Shown piece by piece: positions 19,634 to 29,643 of a stretch of 64,000 nt of DNA. Within the stretch, counting starts at the first letter, position 1, and each line of letters opens with the position of its first letter. The translations under genes and the position numbers were made by a program. Location: the NCBI GenBank assembly GCA_001604035.1, contig LVAK01000027.1:26-64025 (forward strand). Direction: 5' to 3'. The DNA comes from Clostridiales bacterium Firm_05. Its GTDB lineage: Bacteria > Bacillota > Clostridia > Oscillospirales > Ruminococcaceae. The notes under the pieces were generated by a model. It saw only the letters and a list, made by a program, of their open reading frames with translations, searched no databases and was not told the origin of the DNA.

Positions 19634-22306
19634 ATGAACAAAAAAATTTTGCTTGCAGGCCTTTTGTCGGCCTGTATTGCAGGCACAGCCGGAGCGGTGG
19701 AGGCTTCTGCTGCAAAGGACATTGTCTACGGTGACGCAAACTGTGACGGTTCTGTGGGTATGTCGGACGCAGTGCTGATAATGCAGTCAATGTCAAACCC
19801 GGGAATGTATGGTATCGACGGAACGGCAGAGGTACATCTCACAGACGAGGGTGCTGACAGGGGAGATGTATATGAGCGTGGGGGCGGTCTGACTCCTATG
19901 GATGCCCTGACAATACAGCGTTATCTTCTGAAGCTGTGTGATCTTCCGGAGTCTTATGCGCCGGGATATGTTGAGCCTGCGGAAGAGGAAACGGAGCCGG
20001 CATACATCCATCTCAAGAACAATACCATTACCACAGAAGGCAAGAACGTCTCTGTCAGCGGCAAAACAGTGACGATCACTCACTCCGGAACGTTCTTCAT
20101 CGACGGTACTCTTAATGACGGACAGATTTGTGTTGCAGTACCCGATGAGAAGTCTGATCCGGGAACGGTAAAGCTGATCTTTGACAATGTATCCATAACA
20201 GGCGTGAGCGGCCCTGCGATACTGGTAAAGAATGCAGATAAAACGTCCATAACCTTAGCGGACGGCACTGAAAACAGCATATCTGACGGCAGCACGCTCT
20301 ATTCCGGAGACTATCTGGAATATGCCCTCGTTGAAGCCAAGGACGATCTGACGATCAAGGCCGGCGATGAGGGTACTGGTGTGCTCACGATAACTGCCAA
20401 TGTTCAGCCGGCAGTGGTATGCAACAACGATATAAAGATCACCGGAGGCACGGTGAATATCAATACCCTTGATAAGGAGAACGGGAATGACGCTGTCAAG
20501 GGTAAGAAGTCTGTTACAGTGAAGGGCGGTACGGTCAATATCGATTCCGAGGGCGACGGCCTCAAATCCTCAAAGGGCAGCCTTGATATCAGCGGCGGAA
20601 ATGTCCGCATAAAGTCCGGCAAGGACGCTTTGCAGGCTGAGACAACTCTCACTGTAAGCGGCGGAGATATCCTTGCCTGCGGCGACAGAGGCCTCCGCTG
20701 CGAGGGAGCTATCGATATTACCGGAGGAACTCTCCTCGCAACAGCTACAGATTATCAGTGCGGAAACCTTACCTCCACACAGCAGAATACTATCATGCTG
20801 GATTACGTGAAGGAATGGTCGAAGAACAATCCTGTGGCCATGACAGACCAGAGCGGCAGGACTATATTTGAGCTGGATACTCTCAAGAAGTTCAGATATG
20901 CTGTAGTATCCTCTCCGGATATAGTCTCAGGAACTGAGTACAGGCTCTATACCGGCGGCATTGAAACCGTTCACGAGCAGGGGCAGACCTACAGGGCAGG
21001 AACACCTGCTGTATACAAGGATGTGAACAATACCGATGATGCAGACCTGCTGTACGGTGATCTTTTTGACCGCACAGAGGTCCACAGCATAGATGTTAAG
21101 ATGTCTGACAGCGCATGGACGGAATTTATGTCCCATGCCAATGAGGAGGTATACTATCCCTGTGATGTGGTCATAGACGGGGAGGAATACAAAAACGTTG
21201 GTATCAGAACAAAGGGCAACAGCTCAAGGATGTTCGTATATCAGGCTGGTCATACAAAATACAGCTTCCGCATAAAACTGGACAAATATGATAAGTACCA
21301 GAACTATCACGGACTGACGGAGATATGTATGAACAATATGTATTCTGATCCGTCCTGTATGAGAGATATACTTTGCTACGACGCAATGTACGATCTTGAT
21401 GCATATGCACCGGAGGTAACGTACACGAATATGTCTGTCAACGGAAAGCTTTACAGCTTCTATCTGCTTTGTGAGCAGCCCGGAACAACTCTTGCAGAAC
21501 GCCTTGCCACAAATGATGACGCAGTGTTCTACAAGGCAGCCGATGTGGGAAATCAGTATGACTGCACCTTCTCTACAACTATGTCAATGGACAATTTTGA
21601 AGTGAAGTTCGGTGACGATGAGGAGAAGAAACACATAAAGGAAGTAGTTGATGCAATAAACAAAGTAACTCCGCAGAACTACAAGTTCATAGAGGATATT
21701 ATCGATGTACCCAGCTTCATGAAGGGCTTTGCAGTAAATGCGGTAATGTGCAATTACGACAGCTACAACGGAATGATGCCTCATAACTACTATGTTCTAT
21801 GGAATGAAGGAAAGATGTACTACGTTGGCTGGGACTACAATCTGTCTCTGGGCAATTTCATGGACTACGGCGCATCAGTAAATTCCGATATCAACACCGG
21901 AATGTATCAGGCAGACGAGAATAAGAGGCCAATGCTCAAGAATCTGCTTAGTGTTCCGGAGTATAAGACCATGTACATCGGATATGTCAAGGACATTGTG
22001 AAAAAGTACAGTGATCCTGAGAAGGATATAAACAAATATGCAGGCCTTATCAGAAGCCATGTTAAGGCTGATCCGAGGAGCTTCTTTACCGCAGACCAGT
22101 TTGAGTCAAATATTGCTAAAAGTCCCGGAGGACTTCAGGTAAGCAATAACAGTAACCCCTGGGGCGGAATGTGGGGCGGAGGCTTCGGCTTTGGCTTCGG
22201 CTTCGGACAGCAGGGAGGACTTTACTCCTACGGAGGCGATCAGGTCTCCATCCTTGATTTTATGATAAAGAGAAATGAAGTTATCAAGGCGGCAATTGGT
22301 GGTTGA
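19634..22306 (+). CDS. Secreted dockerin / Cthe_2159-like (DUF4353) beta-helix / CotH kinase fusion
   Basis: Signal peptide at MNKK; YGDANCDGSVGMSDAVLIMQ dockerin; DG.KS..../DA.QAE beta-helix repeats; NVGIRTKGNSS, NYDSY..M.HNYY, GWDYNLS CotH motifs. Confidence 0.8.
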   Translation: MNKKILLAGLLSACIAGTAGAVEASAAKDIVYGDANCDGSVGMSDAVLIMQSMSNPGMYGIDGTAEVHLTDEGADRGDVYERGGGLTPMDALTIQRYLLKLCDLPESYAPGYVEPAEEETEPAYIHLKNNTITTEGKNVSVSGKTVTITHSGTFFIDGTLNDGQICVAVPDEKSDPGTVKLIFDNVSITGVSGPAILVKNADKTSITLADGTENSISDGSTLYSGDYLEYALVEAKDDLTIKAGDEGTGVLTITANVQPAVVCNNDIKITGGTVNINTLDKENGNDAVKGKKSVTVKGGTVNIDSEGDGLKSSKGSLDISGGNVRIKSGKDALQAETTLTVSGGDILACGDRGLRCEGAIDITGGTLLATATDYQCGNLTSTQQNTIMLDYVKEWSKNNPVAMTDQSGRTIFELDTLKKFRYAVVSSPDIVSGTEYRLYTGGIETVHEQGQTYRAGTPAVYKDVNNTDDADLLYGDLFDRTEVHSIDVKMSDSAWTEFMSHANEEVYYPCDVVIDGEEYKNVGIRTKGNSSRMFVYQAGHTKYSFRIKLDKYDKYQNYHGLTEICMNNMYSDPSCMRDILCYDAMYDLDAYAPEVTYTNMSVNGKLYSFYLLCEQPGTTLAERLATNDDAVFYKAADVGNQYDCTFSTTMSMDNFEVKFGDDEEKKHIKEVVDAINKVTPQNYKFIEDIIDVPSFMKGFAVNAVMCNYDSYNGMMPHNYYVLWNEGKMYYVGWDYNLSLGNFMDYGASVNSDINTGMYQADENKRPMLKNLLSVPEYKTMYIGYVKDIVKKYSDPEKDINKYAGLIRSHVKADPRSFFTADQFESNIAKSPGGLQVSNNSNPWGGMWGGGFGFGFGFGQQGGLYSYGGDQVSILDFMIKRNEVIKAAIGG

Positions 22307-22463
22307 TTTTTAAATAGAAAGAGCATGATGCCGGACAGGATCCCTCTCCTGTCCGGCATTAAATCATGCACTATAATCTTGCAGATCGATATTGGAGAAG
22401 ATTATAGTGTATAGCATTGATGAAATATGGACAAAAATGCAGTAAAAATAGTTCAATAAATCA

Positions 22464-22492
22464 TTGATTTTTTTGCATTCCGATAGTATAAT
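22464..22492 (+). promoter_or_regulatory. SigA-type promoter
   Basis: TTGATT-17bp-TATAAT. Confidence 0.65.
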
Positions 22493-22543
22493 GATAATGA
22501 CATAATTTGTTCATACTAATTTTTAAACTTAGGGGGAATTTTA

Positions 22544-25240
22544 ATGAAGAATACGTTCAAACGTATATGTGCTGCGGCAGCCTCTCTTGCCATAGCATCA
22601 GGTTCAGCGACCAGTATAAGGACAGACTTTTATTCTGACGCTGCCTACGGTGTCGGAGGAAACGGCAAAGCGATAATGGAGTACCTTGACCGTGGTATCT
22701 ACGCTATCAAGTCCGGAAACGGTATGTTCATAAGCTGGCGATTCAATGCGAATGATGATGACAATGCTGAGTTCAGGCTTTTCAGGGACGATACGCTGAT
22801 CTATACCAGCAAGGCAGGGGATCCGACTGATTTCTGGGACAGCGCCGGAAGCTCATCATCAAAGTACCGTGTAGATACATATGAAAACGGAGAGCTGAAA
22901 TCCTCTGATTACTGCAAATTCACATCCGGAGCAAATTATTTTGATATACCTCTTGATGTTCCGAAGGGCGGAACAATAAACGGTTCAGCCTATACCTATT
23001 CACCGAATGACTGCTGCGTCGGAGACGTTGACGGCGACGGACAGTATGAGATATTTGTAAAATGGGATCCGAGCAATTCACAGGATAATTCAAAAGCGGG
23101 TGCTGAATATTTTACAGGAAATGTTTATATCGACTGCTATACTCTCACCGGAAAGAAGCTTTGGCGTATAGATATGGGACGCAATATCCGTGCCGGTCAG
23201 CACTATACTCAGATGGGCGTTGCTGACTTTGACTGTGACGGAAAAGCCGAGCTCATTACAAAGACCTGTGACGGAACTGTTGACGGTACAGGCAAGGTGA
23301 TAGGCGATGCAAGTGCAAACTATGTGAACAGTGCAGGCACTATCCTGACAGGCCCCGAGTACATGACTCTCTTTGAGGGAGCTACCGGCAAGGCACTTGA
23401 TACTATTGAATTTCCTGTACTCAGAGGAGATGCAACAAGCAATACCGCAAAGACAACATGGGGCGATAACTACGGAAACCGCTGTGAGCGTTATAACTGT
23501 GCTATAGCTTATCTCGACGGAGTTCATCCATCAGTTGTCTACGGCAGAGGATATTATACAAGACTTACGCTTTCGGCTGTTGACGTAAAGGACGGCAAGC
23601 TTGTCAAGAAATGGGTATTCGATACCGGATTTGATAAGAGCAATCCTGCTTACGGCTGCGGAAACCATAACGTTATGGTAGCTGACTTTGATAACGACGG
23701 CAAGCAGGAAGTCTGCATGGGAGCCTGTGCTATCGATGATAACGGTACGCTTCTCTGGTCCACAAAGCAGCTGCACGGTGACGCTATGCACATCGGTGAT
23801 CTTGATCCGAACCGTGAAGGCCAGGAGGTATTCATCTGCCATGAGGATGGAAAGTACGGTATCTCCCTTGTTGACGGAAAGAACGGTCAGATAATCTGGC
23901 ACTACGACGGCGATAAGGATACCGGACGCTGTGCCGCTGACAATGTTTATTCCGGAAATGTTGGCGCAGAGTTCTGGGGCTCAAGACCTGCTAATGCAAT
24001 GTATGATACTTCAGGAACCCAGATAGGAAACAAAGTCCCTGCTATGAACTTCTTCATATATTGGGACGGTGATCTCGAACGTGAGATACTTGATGGCAAT
24101 ACAATAACCAAAATGACCGGGCTCAACTCGTTTAAGACAATACTTATAGCAGATGGCTGTTCCTCAAATAACGGCACCAAGTCTGTACCATGTATTACAG
24201 CAGACCTGTTCGGTGACTGGCGTGAGGAGCTCATCCTCAGAACTGATGATAATACAAAGCTCCGCATATGGTGTACAAATACCGAGACAGATGTACGTCT
24301 CACAACTCTTATGCATGATATGCAGTACCGTATGCAGAACGGCTGTCAGCAGTCCTCGTACAATCAGCCTCCCCACGTAAGCTATTATCTGGGCAGCGAA
24401 GCACCTCTTCCCGCAAGACCTGATATAAAACTGAACAATACTCCTCCGGAGCCTATAAGCGGAAAATACGTCAATAACCTTACTGTTATGGATCCTAATT
24501 ATTCTTCTGACTGGGAGCTTTCAAAGTCCTCAGATATAGGTTCACTGATCTACGGCGACAGAGACTTTACATACACTGAGCTTCCGGAAGCACTCAGAGG
24601 CAAAGAGGCTATAAAGACAGCCTGCAACTCAAAGAACACATTCTCCGATCTTGCTGAATTTACAGCTGCTGAAAATGAAGTGGTATTCATCCTGCTCGAT
24701 ACAAGAGTTGAGGATGCTGGAAATGTACCTGCATGGCTGAACAGCTATGAAAAGACCTCAATGACAGCTGCTTCCAGCAATGATGTAAGATTCAGCGTGT
24801 ATAAGAGAGAATTTTTGCCCGGTGAAAAGGTTCTTCTCGGACAAAACGGAATGAACGGCAACTGCATGAACTATACCGTCTTTGCAGATGCAAAAACTGT
24901 TGTCCAGACAACAACTACTATCACAACCACTTCGACAACAACCACTACTACGACTACAACATCCGAGACTACCACAACTCCTCCTGTAGATGTGGTATGG
25001 GGCGATGCAGACTGTAACGGAGAAGTTAAGATGAACGATGCAGTCCTCATCATGCAGTCTATTTCCAACCCGGATAAGTACAGCGAGAGCGGAGATGAGC
25101 CGACACATATCACTCCTCAGGGTTCATTGAACGCAAATGTATACGAAAACAAAACAAGCGGAGTTACACCGCAGGATGCTTTACAGATACAGAAGTTCCT
25201 GCTGAAGCTCATACCATCACTTGACCCGGCTGATAACTGA
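22544..25240 (+). CDS. Rhamnogalacturonan lyase (PL11, YesW-like) with accessory domain, Thr linker and C-terminal dockerin
   Basis: MEYLDRG, YSPNDCCVGDVDGDGQYE.FVKWDP, NIRAGQHYTQ, YNQPPH; poly-Thr linker; WGDADCNGEVKMNDAVLIMQ dockerin. Confidence 0.9.
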   Translation: MKNTFKRICAAAASLAIASGSATSIRTDFYSDAAYGVGGNGKAIMEYLDRGIYAIKSGNGMFISWRFNANDDDNAEFRLFRDDTLIYTSKAGDPTDFWDSAGSSSSKYRVDTYENGELKSSDYCKFTSGANYFDIPLDVPKGGTINGSAYTYSPNDCCVGDVDGDGQYEIFVKWDPSNSQDNSKAGAEYFTGNVYIDCYTLTGKKLWRIDMGRNIRAGQHYTQMGVADFDCDGKAELITKTCDGTVDGTGKVIGDASANYVNSAGTILTGPEYMTLFEGATGKALDTIEFPVLRGDATSNTAKTTWGDNYGNRCERYNCAIAYLDGVHPSVVYGRGYYTRLTLSAVDVKDGKLVKKWVFDTGFDKSNPAYGCGNHNVMVADFDNDGKQEVCMGACAIDDNGTLLWSTKQLHGDAMHIGDLDPNREGQEVFICHEDGKYGISLVDGKNGQIIWHYDGDKDTGRCAADNVYSGNVGAEFWGSRPANAMYDTSGTQIGNKVPAMNFFIYWDGDLEREILDGNTITKMTGLNSFKTILIADGCSSNNGTKSVPCITADLFGDWREELILRTDDNTKLRIWCTNTETDVRLTTLMHDMQYRMQNGCQQSSYNQPPHVSYYLGSEAPLPARPDIKLNNTPPEPISGKYVNNLTVMDPNYSSDWELSKSSDIGSLIYGDRDFTYTELPEALRGKEAIKTACNSKNTFSDLAEFTAAENEVVFILLDTRVEDAGNVPAWLNSYEKTSMTAASSNDVRFSVYKREFLPGEKVLLGQNGMNGNCMNYTVFADAKTVVQTTTTITTTSTTTTTTTTTSETTTTPPVDVVWGDADCNGEVKMNDAVLIMQSISNPDKYSESGDEPTHITPQGSLNANVYENKTSGVTPQDALQIQKFLLKLIPSLDPADN

Positions 25241-25260
25241 TATTAAAAAACACCTGCCAG

Positions 25261-25659
25261 CTTAAGGTGGTACTCATATAGAAGTATATGGCAATTACTC
25301 GGGGAAAACCTTTCTGAGGAAAGGTTCTTCCCCGAACCCCTTTCCAAAGACTTTTAATCTTATTTTTCCCCATATAGGGCGCAGTCATGCAAACTTGCAT
25401 GGCTTTTTTATTATGGTGCGCCCTATATGGGGAAAAATCAAAACTGAAAGTTTTAGGAAGGGAGCTTGAGGGTGACTCCTAACAGGAGCGACGACCCTCT
25501 GTCCTTCGGACATCTCCCTGTACTACAGGGAGTCACCCCGCAGTGAGGGGAGATGTCACACCGTGACAGAGGGGACCGTCTCCGTCAAAGGAACCCCTTT
25601 TTCAAAAGGGGTTCCCTCAATAACTGTCGTAAACATTCTGTATGAGTACCACCCTTAAG
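25261..25659. mobile_element. MITE-like non-autonomous palindromic element with 13-bp TIRs and apparent CTTAA target duplication
   Basis: CTTAA|GGTGGTACTCATA...TATGAGTACCACC|CTTAA inside a terminator stem; central perfect 21-bp inverted repeat at 25363-25383 and 25417-25437. Confidence 0.7.
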
Positions 25660-25756
25660 CTGGCAGGTGTTATATTATCATATAAAAAGCGGACTGCTCC
25701 GGGAGGAACAGTCCTTATATAGATATTAGAGAGGCAGCATTATTATGGAAGTGAGA

Positions 25757-27166
25757 TCACTCAACTTCTTCAAGACGAACATTTGTGATGTAAACAGTTG
25801 CAGTTGAGCCTCTGTTACCCATATTGAATTCAAGTCTTCCGAGCGGATCGTCTCTCTCTGTCATCTCGAAGTCGTAAGTGAATGTCTGCTTTTCTGTTGA
25901 GAGTGTGAGTGTTGTATCGGGCAGATATCTTATCCAGCCTGCATTAGGAGCGGATACACAGGTGATGATATCACGCTGCTCATCAGCCCAGGCATCAAAT
26001 GAAACACGGTACTTCTTGCCCTTTATCATAGGCATTTCTGGCTGTACCAGCTGAACTGAATAATCAACAGTTCCGGCATTTTCGGTGGTGATAACTATCA
26101 TATCGTCACGGATCTCAGCTGAACCTTCGCCGCCTTCAAAGAGGAGAAACTTCCAGTTTGTATCGTCGGTAAGGTCTTCATTTTCCTTGAAGTCTCCGTT
26201 GTAGATGAAGTTGCCGTCCTCGGTAGCTTCACGGAAGTGCTTCTCTGGTTTCTTTACGGCTGGATCGTACCATGATTTCCTATAAACACGAACGTAATCG
26301 ATCTCAAATTCTGCCTTATCGAAATCAGTTGTTTCATCGGGATTACCTGGCCATGTTCCGCCGACAGCAAGGTTCATCTGAACGAAGAATGGCTGATCGA
26401 AAGGAGCAGGGTATGGCTTTTCATCCTTACCTTCTTCGGCTGTGAACCAGTCGTTTGCAGTGAGGTAGAGCTGATCGTCGATGTACCAGCGGATCTCACC
26501 GGGCTCCCACTCGACTGAATACTCGTGGAAATCGCTGGAGAATGAGCCGTCCTCGAGAACAACAGTGCCCTGCTGTTCGCCCTTTGGTTCGCCGTAGTGA
26601 AGAGTACCGTAAGCAGTCTTTGTGTCGCTGCCAAGGACCTCCATGATGTCAATCTCGCCGCACTTAGGCCACTGGCCGTAGAAGCTTTCGTCAGTAGGCA
26701 TCATCCAGATAGCCGGCCATAGTCCCTGTCCCTCAGGAACCTTTGCACGGGCAACTATCTTACCGTAGGTAAAGTCCTTTTTGTTCTGTGACTTGATCTT
26801 ACCGGATGTATAGTAATCCTTGCCGCTTCTGTCGGTCTTTATAGCCTTGAGAACGAGATTTCCGTCACGCAGGAACACGTTGTCAGCAGATGTTGTGTAT
26901 GCCTGTAATTCATTGTTTGTCCAGCCGGGCTCATGGGGATCGTAGTCCCAGATAGTTGTATCGAGCTCTGTGCCATTGAATTCGTCATTCCACAAGAGGC
27001 TGTATCCTTCGAGTTTAGGAACATCAACAGTCTGAGTGGAGTTATTATTTGCTGATTCAGTTGTAGCTTCCGGCTTAGAGCTGCTGTCAGATGAGCTTGA
27101 AACGCTTCCGCATCCGGAAAGCATAACAAGAGCAGCGGTAATAGCAAAAATACTGAGCTTCTTCAT
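25757..27166 (-). CDS. GH16 beta-glucanase/laminarinase lipoprotein with C-terminal CBM4-like module
   Basis: Lipobox LSGC; WPAIWM and GEIDIME catalytic motif; C-terminal YSVQLVQ...KYRVSFDA. Confidence 0.9.
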   Translation of the reverse strand: MKKLSIFAITAALVMLSGCGSVSSSSDSSSKPEATTESANNNSTQTVDVPKLEGYSLLWNDEFNGTELDTTIWDYDPHEPGWTNNELQAYTTSADNVFLRDGNLVLKAIKTDRSGKDYYTSGKIKSQNKKDFTYGKIVARAKVPEGQGLWPAIWMMPTDESFYGQWPKCGEIDIMEVLGSDTKTAYGTLHYGEPKGEQQGTVVLEDGSFSSDFHEYSVEWEPGEIRWYIDDQLYLTANDWFTAEEGKDEKPYPAPFDQPFFVQMNLAVGGTWPGNPDETTDFDKAEFEIDYVRVYRKSWYDPAVKKPEKHFREATEDGNFIYNGDFKENEDLTDDTNWKFLLFEGGEGSAEIRDDMIVITTENAGTVDYSVQLVQPEMPMIKGKKYRVSFDAWADEQRDIITCVSAPNAGWIRYLPDTTLTLSTEKQTFTYDFEMTERDDPLGRLEFNMGNRGSTATVYITNVRLEEVE

Positions 27167-27340
27167 ATGAAATCCTCCTTATTGCCGCAGGGTAAAGCGG
27201 TCATTTCTTGTATATATTATAGCCTGATATCATGGATTTTCATATCATTTTGAATACAAATATGGTAAAATCTTGACCAAAAAGCACATTGATCGACCAA
27301 TATTTTTGTGCTCTGTACATTTCTTTCTATTTAAATATAA

Positions 27341-27377
27341 AAGAGCTATGAAGAAGAGGCGCTTCTTCATAGCTCTT
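27341..27377. terminator. Strong intrinsic terminator
   Basis: Perfect 16-bp stem AAGAGCTATGAAGAAG/CTTCTTCATAGCTCTT. Confidence 0.8.
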
Positions 27378-27408
27378 TCTCATGCCATATGGCATGACCT
27401 TACGGTCA

Positions 27409-28272
27409 TCAGTCCCGCCACATCTTCCTATAGGAGAAGCAGGTGAGGTTCTCGGCCTTTTTGAACTGTCTTGCGAAGTAGCTCTGATCGTTGAATCCGC
27501 AGAGGTGTGCTATTTCCTCGATGGACTTATCAGAGAAACGCAGAAGCTTTTTGCCGTAATTGATGCGTGAGGTGATTATGTGCTGGAAGATCGTCATACC
27601 ATATATCTTTTTATATTCACGGGTGAGGTAGAATTTGCTGATGTAAAATTGTGATGATAGTTTTTCAAGAGACAGATCCTCGCTGAAGTGGTCGTCGATA
27701 AAGCTGTGAACGCCTGCCAGCTTCTGCTTGAGAGCGGAATCGAACTGCTGCTCGCCGGAGCTTACTGTCAGTGCGATAGTAAGAAGATCGACTATCAGCT
27801 TTGAGCTTAGGATCTCAGATGACTGATTTTTAGTCTCATTGATCCTTATGATCTCAGTTATAGCTGATACCACACGGTCGAATGAAGGAGGTCTGAAAGT
27901 ATTTTTTGACTGCGACAGGAAGTATTCATAATACTGCCGGGAGGTCGCACCGTTGAAATGTACCCACATAACTTCCCAGGGGTCATCGGGATCCCCCTTG
28001 TAGAAATGTGACTGCTTGCAGTCGATGAAGAAACATTCGCCCTTGGAGAGGGAGAAGGTCTCACCGCCGATAGTCAGCTCACCCTTACCGCTGATAACAG
28101 CGATGATAAGGTATGAATCCAGATCCTGCCTGTGTGTCATTGCGGGTTCATCAGATTTCAGACAGCCGGTCTCTTGAACGTAGAAGAATGTATTTTTGGC
28201 GGCCGGGCCGGGGGTACTGATGATACGCTTTGACAGCTTGTTCTTAAAGCCTTTAGTATCGTTAGTATCCAT
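27409..28272 (-). CDS. AraC family transcriptional regulator
   Basis: Cupin-like N-terminus; C-terminal SIEEIAHLCGFNDQSYFARQFKK; RBS AAGGAG before ATG 28272. Confidence 0.92.
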   Translation of the reverse strand: MDTNDTKGFKNKLSKRIISTPGPAAKNTFFYVQETGCLKSDEPAMTHRQDLDSYLIIAVISGKGELTIGGETFSLSKGECFFIDCKQSHFYKGDPDDPWEVMWVHFNGATSRQYYEYFLSQSKNTFRPPSFDRVVSAITEIIRINETKNQSSEILSSKLIVDLLTIALTVSSGEQQFDSALKQKLAGVHSFIDDHFSEDLSLEKLSSQFYISKFYLTREYKKIYGMTIFQHIITSRINYGKKLLRFSDKSIEEIAHLCGFNDQSYFARQFKKAENLTCFSYRKMWRD

Positions 28273-28407
28273 AATATAAACTCCTTGTATTTTTTGCAGA
28301 CAGTGCCTAATTGTCTGCAAAGGTTTATTTACAGGTATATTATATCACAAAAAAATGGCTTTGTCTATAGTTTATGAAAAATATTGCTGAATTATATTGC
28401 TTATATT

Positions 28408-28665
28408 TCAGTGCAAAAATACCAGCAGTAATCCTGCTGCTGAGAGCAGCAGTCCTGAGCGTATGATAAGTCTGCCTGAGAGTATATGCAGCTTCTTTTT
28501 ACAGCATCCGGGATCGATACGGCAGATGTATCTTCCTGCTTCATTTTCCGATACCTGGGGCGGCAGAGTGCGGACATTGGCTCTCAGGTAAAATACAGCC
28601 TTTTCAAAATATATGCTGTCGGGAATGTTTATTTCGATAATCCTTTTTGTGACGCCTTTTATCAT
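28408..28665 (-). CDS. Small hypothetical membrane protein
   Basis: MIKGVTKRIIEIN...YFEKAVFYLR, C-terminal TM; RBS AGGAGG. Confidence 0.7.
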   Translation of the reverse strand: MIKGVTKRIIEINIPDSIYFEKAVFYLRANVRTLPPQVSENEAGRYICRIDPGCCKKKLHILSGRLIIRSGLLLSAAGLLLVFLH

Positions 28666-28715
28666 ATATCCTCCTGAAAATTTATTCAGAGATATATTTG
28701 GCAGAAAAAGGCATT

Positions 28716-29537
28716 TTATACAGCAGCGGTCTGAAGATTCCTTATGTAGTGGAAGAGGTACTGCTGGGCGATGCCGGCGTTATCCTTGGCGAAAGCCGGA
28801 AAGCCGTCCGGGTAGTATTCGCTCAGTACCCGTTTGATCCATACATCCACAGGAAAGGCATCTGTGCGGTACATACCGAAGAGCAGAATACATTCAGCTA
28901 CTTTCGGTCCAACACCTTTGATCTTTTTCAGCTCCGCCCTTGCAGCGTCGATCGGCATTGCGGCTATGTCACCGAGTATCGTTTCACCGGAGTTCACTCT
29001 CGCTGCTGCATCACAGAGATATTTTGCCCGGAAACCGCTCCGCAGGTAAGCGAGAGTTTCCTCAGTCTCCATTGCAAATTCCTCAGGGTACGGGAACCTG
29101 CCCTCGTAGTTCTCGCAGAGCCGGTCGATAATGCCCTTGATACGTGGGATATTGTTATTCTGGGATATGATGAAGGATATGAGGCACTCCCAGCTGTCCT
29201 GCCGGAGAAGTCTTATCCCACCGGCGAATTTACAGGCCTTGGCGAGAGTCTCATCCTCTGAGAACTGCTTTTTCAGTTCGGAGTAATCTGTATCAAAGTC
29301 AAAGTAATTCAGCCATTTGCTGAGAAAATCATTTTCCGGAACGTTATGGAAGAGGAATTCGCCGTCCCTTAGCTTTGAGACAGTGAGGCAGTCATTGAGG
29401 AAGCTGCCGGTATATGTACATTCGTAGTCTGATGGTATCTTCTTCCAGCGGAAGGCCTGACCGCAGTCCAGCGTTTCGTCCAGATCCAGATCCGGCTCAG
29501 AAACGATGATGTCACTGCCTTTAATGTAATAATCCAT
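28716..29537 (-). CDS. 8-oxoguanine DNA glycosylase (OGG1-like HhH-GPD)
   Basis: TLDCGQAFRW, GIRLLRQD.WE.LISFIISQNN, IKGVGPKVAEC, FPVDVW. Confidence 0.9.
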   Translation of the reverse strand: MDYYIKGSDIIVSEPDLDLDETLDCGQAFRWKKIPSDYECTYTGSFLNDCLTVSKLRDGEFLFHNVPENDFLSKWLNYFDFDTDYSELKKQFSEDETLAKACKFAGGIRLLRQDSWECLISFIISQNNNIPRIKGIIDRLCENYEGRFPYPEEFAMETEETLAYLRSGFRAKYLCDAAARVNSGETILGDIAAMPIDAARAELKKIKGVGPKVAECILLFGMYRTDAFPVDVWIKRVLSEYYPDGFPAFAKDNAGIAQQYLFHYIRNLQTAAV

Positions 29538-29643
29538 TTTATTCTCCTTTGTATAAAAATTTAAAATAAGACGAATTAGTTGTTTCCACTTGATTTTTCT
29601 ATTAAATTATACTAAAATATTAAGTATATTACAAGAGTAAGGA

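Noticed and set aside
24905-24980. ACN-rich low-complexity repeat
   Set aside because: It is an ordinary Thr-rich linker before the dockerin
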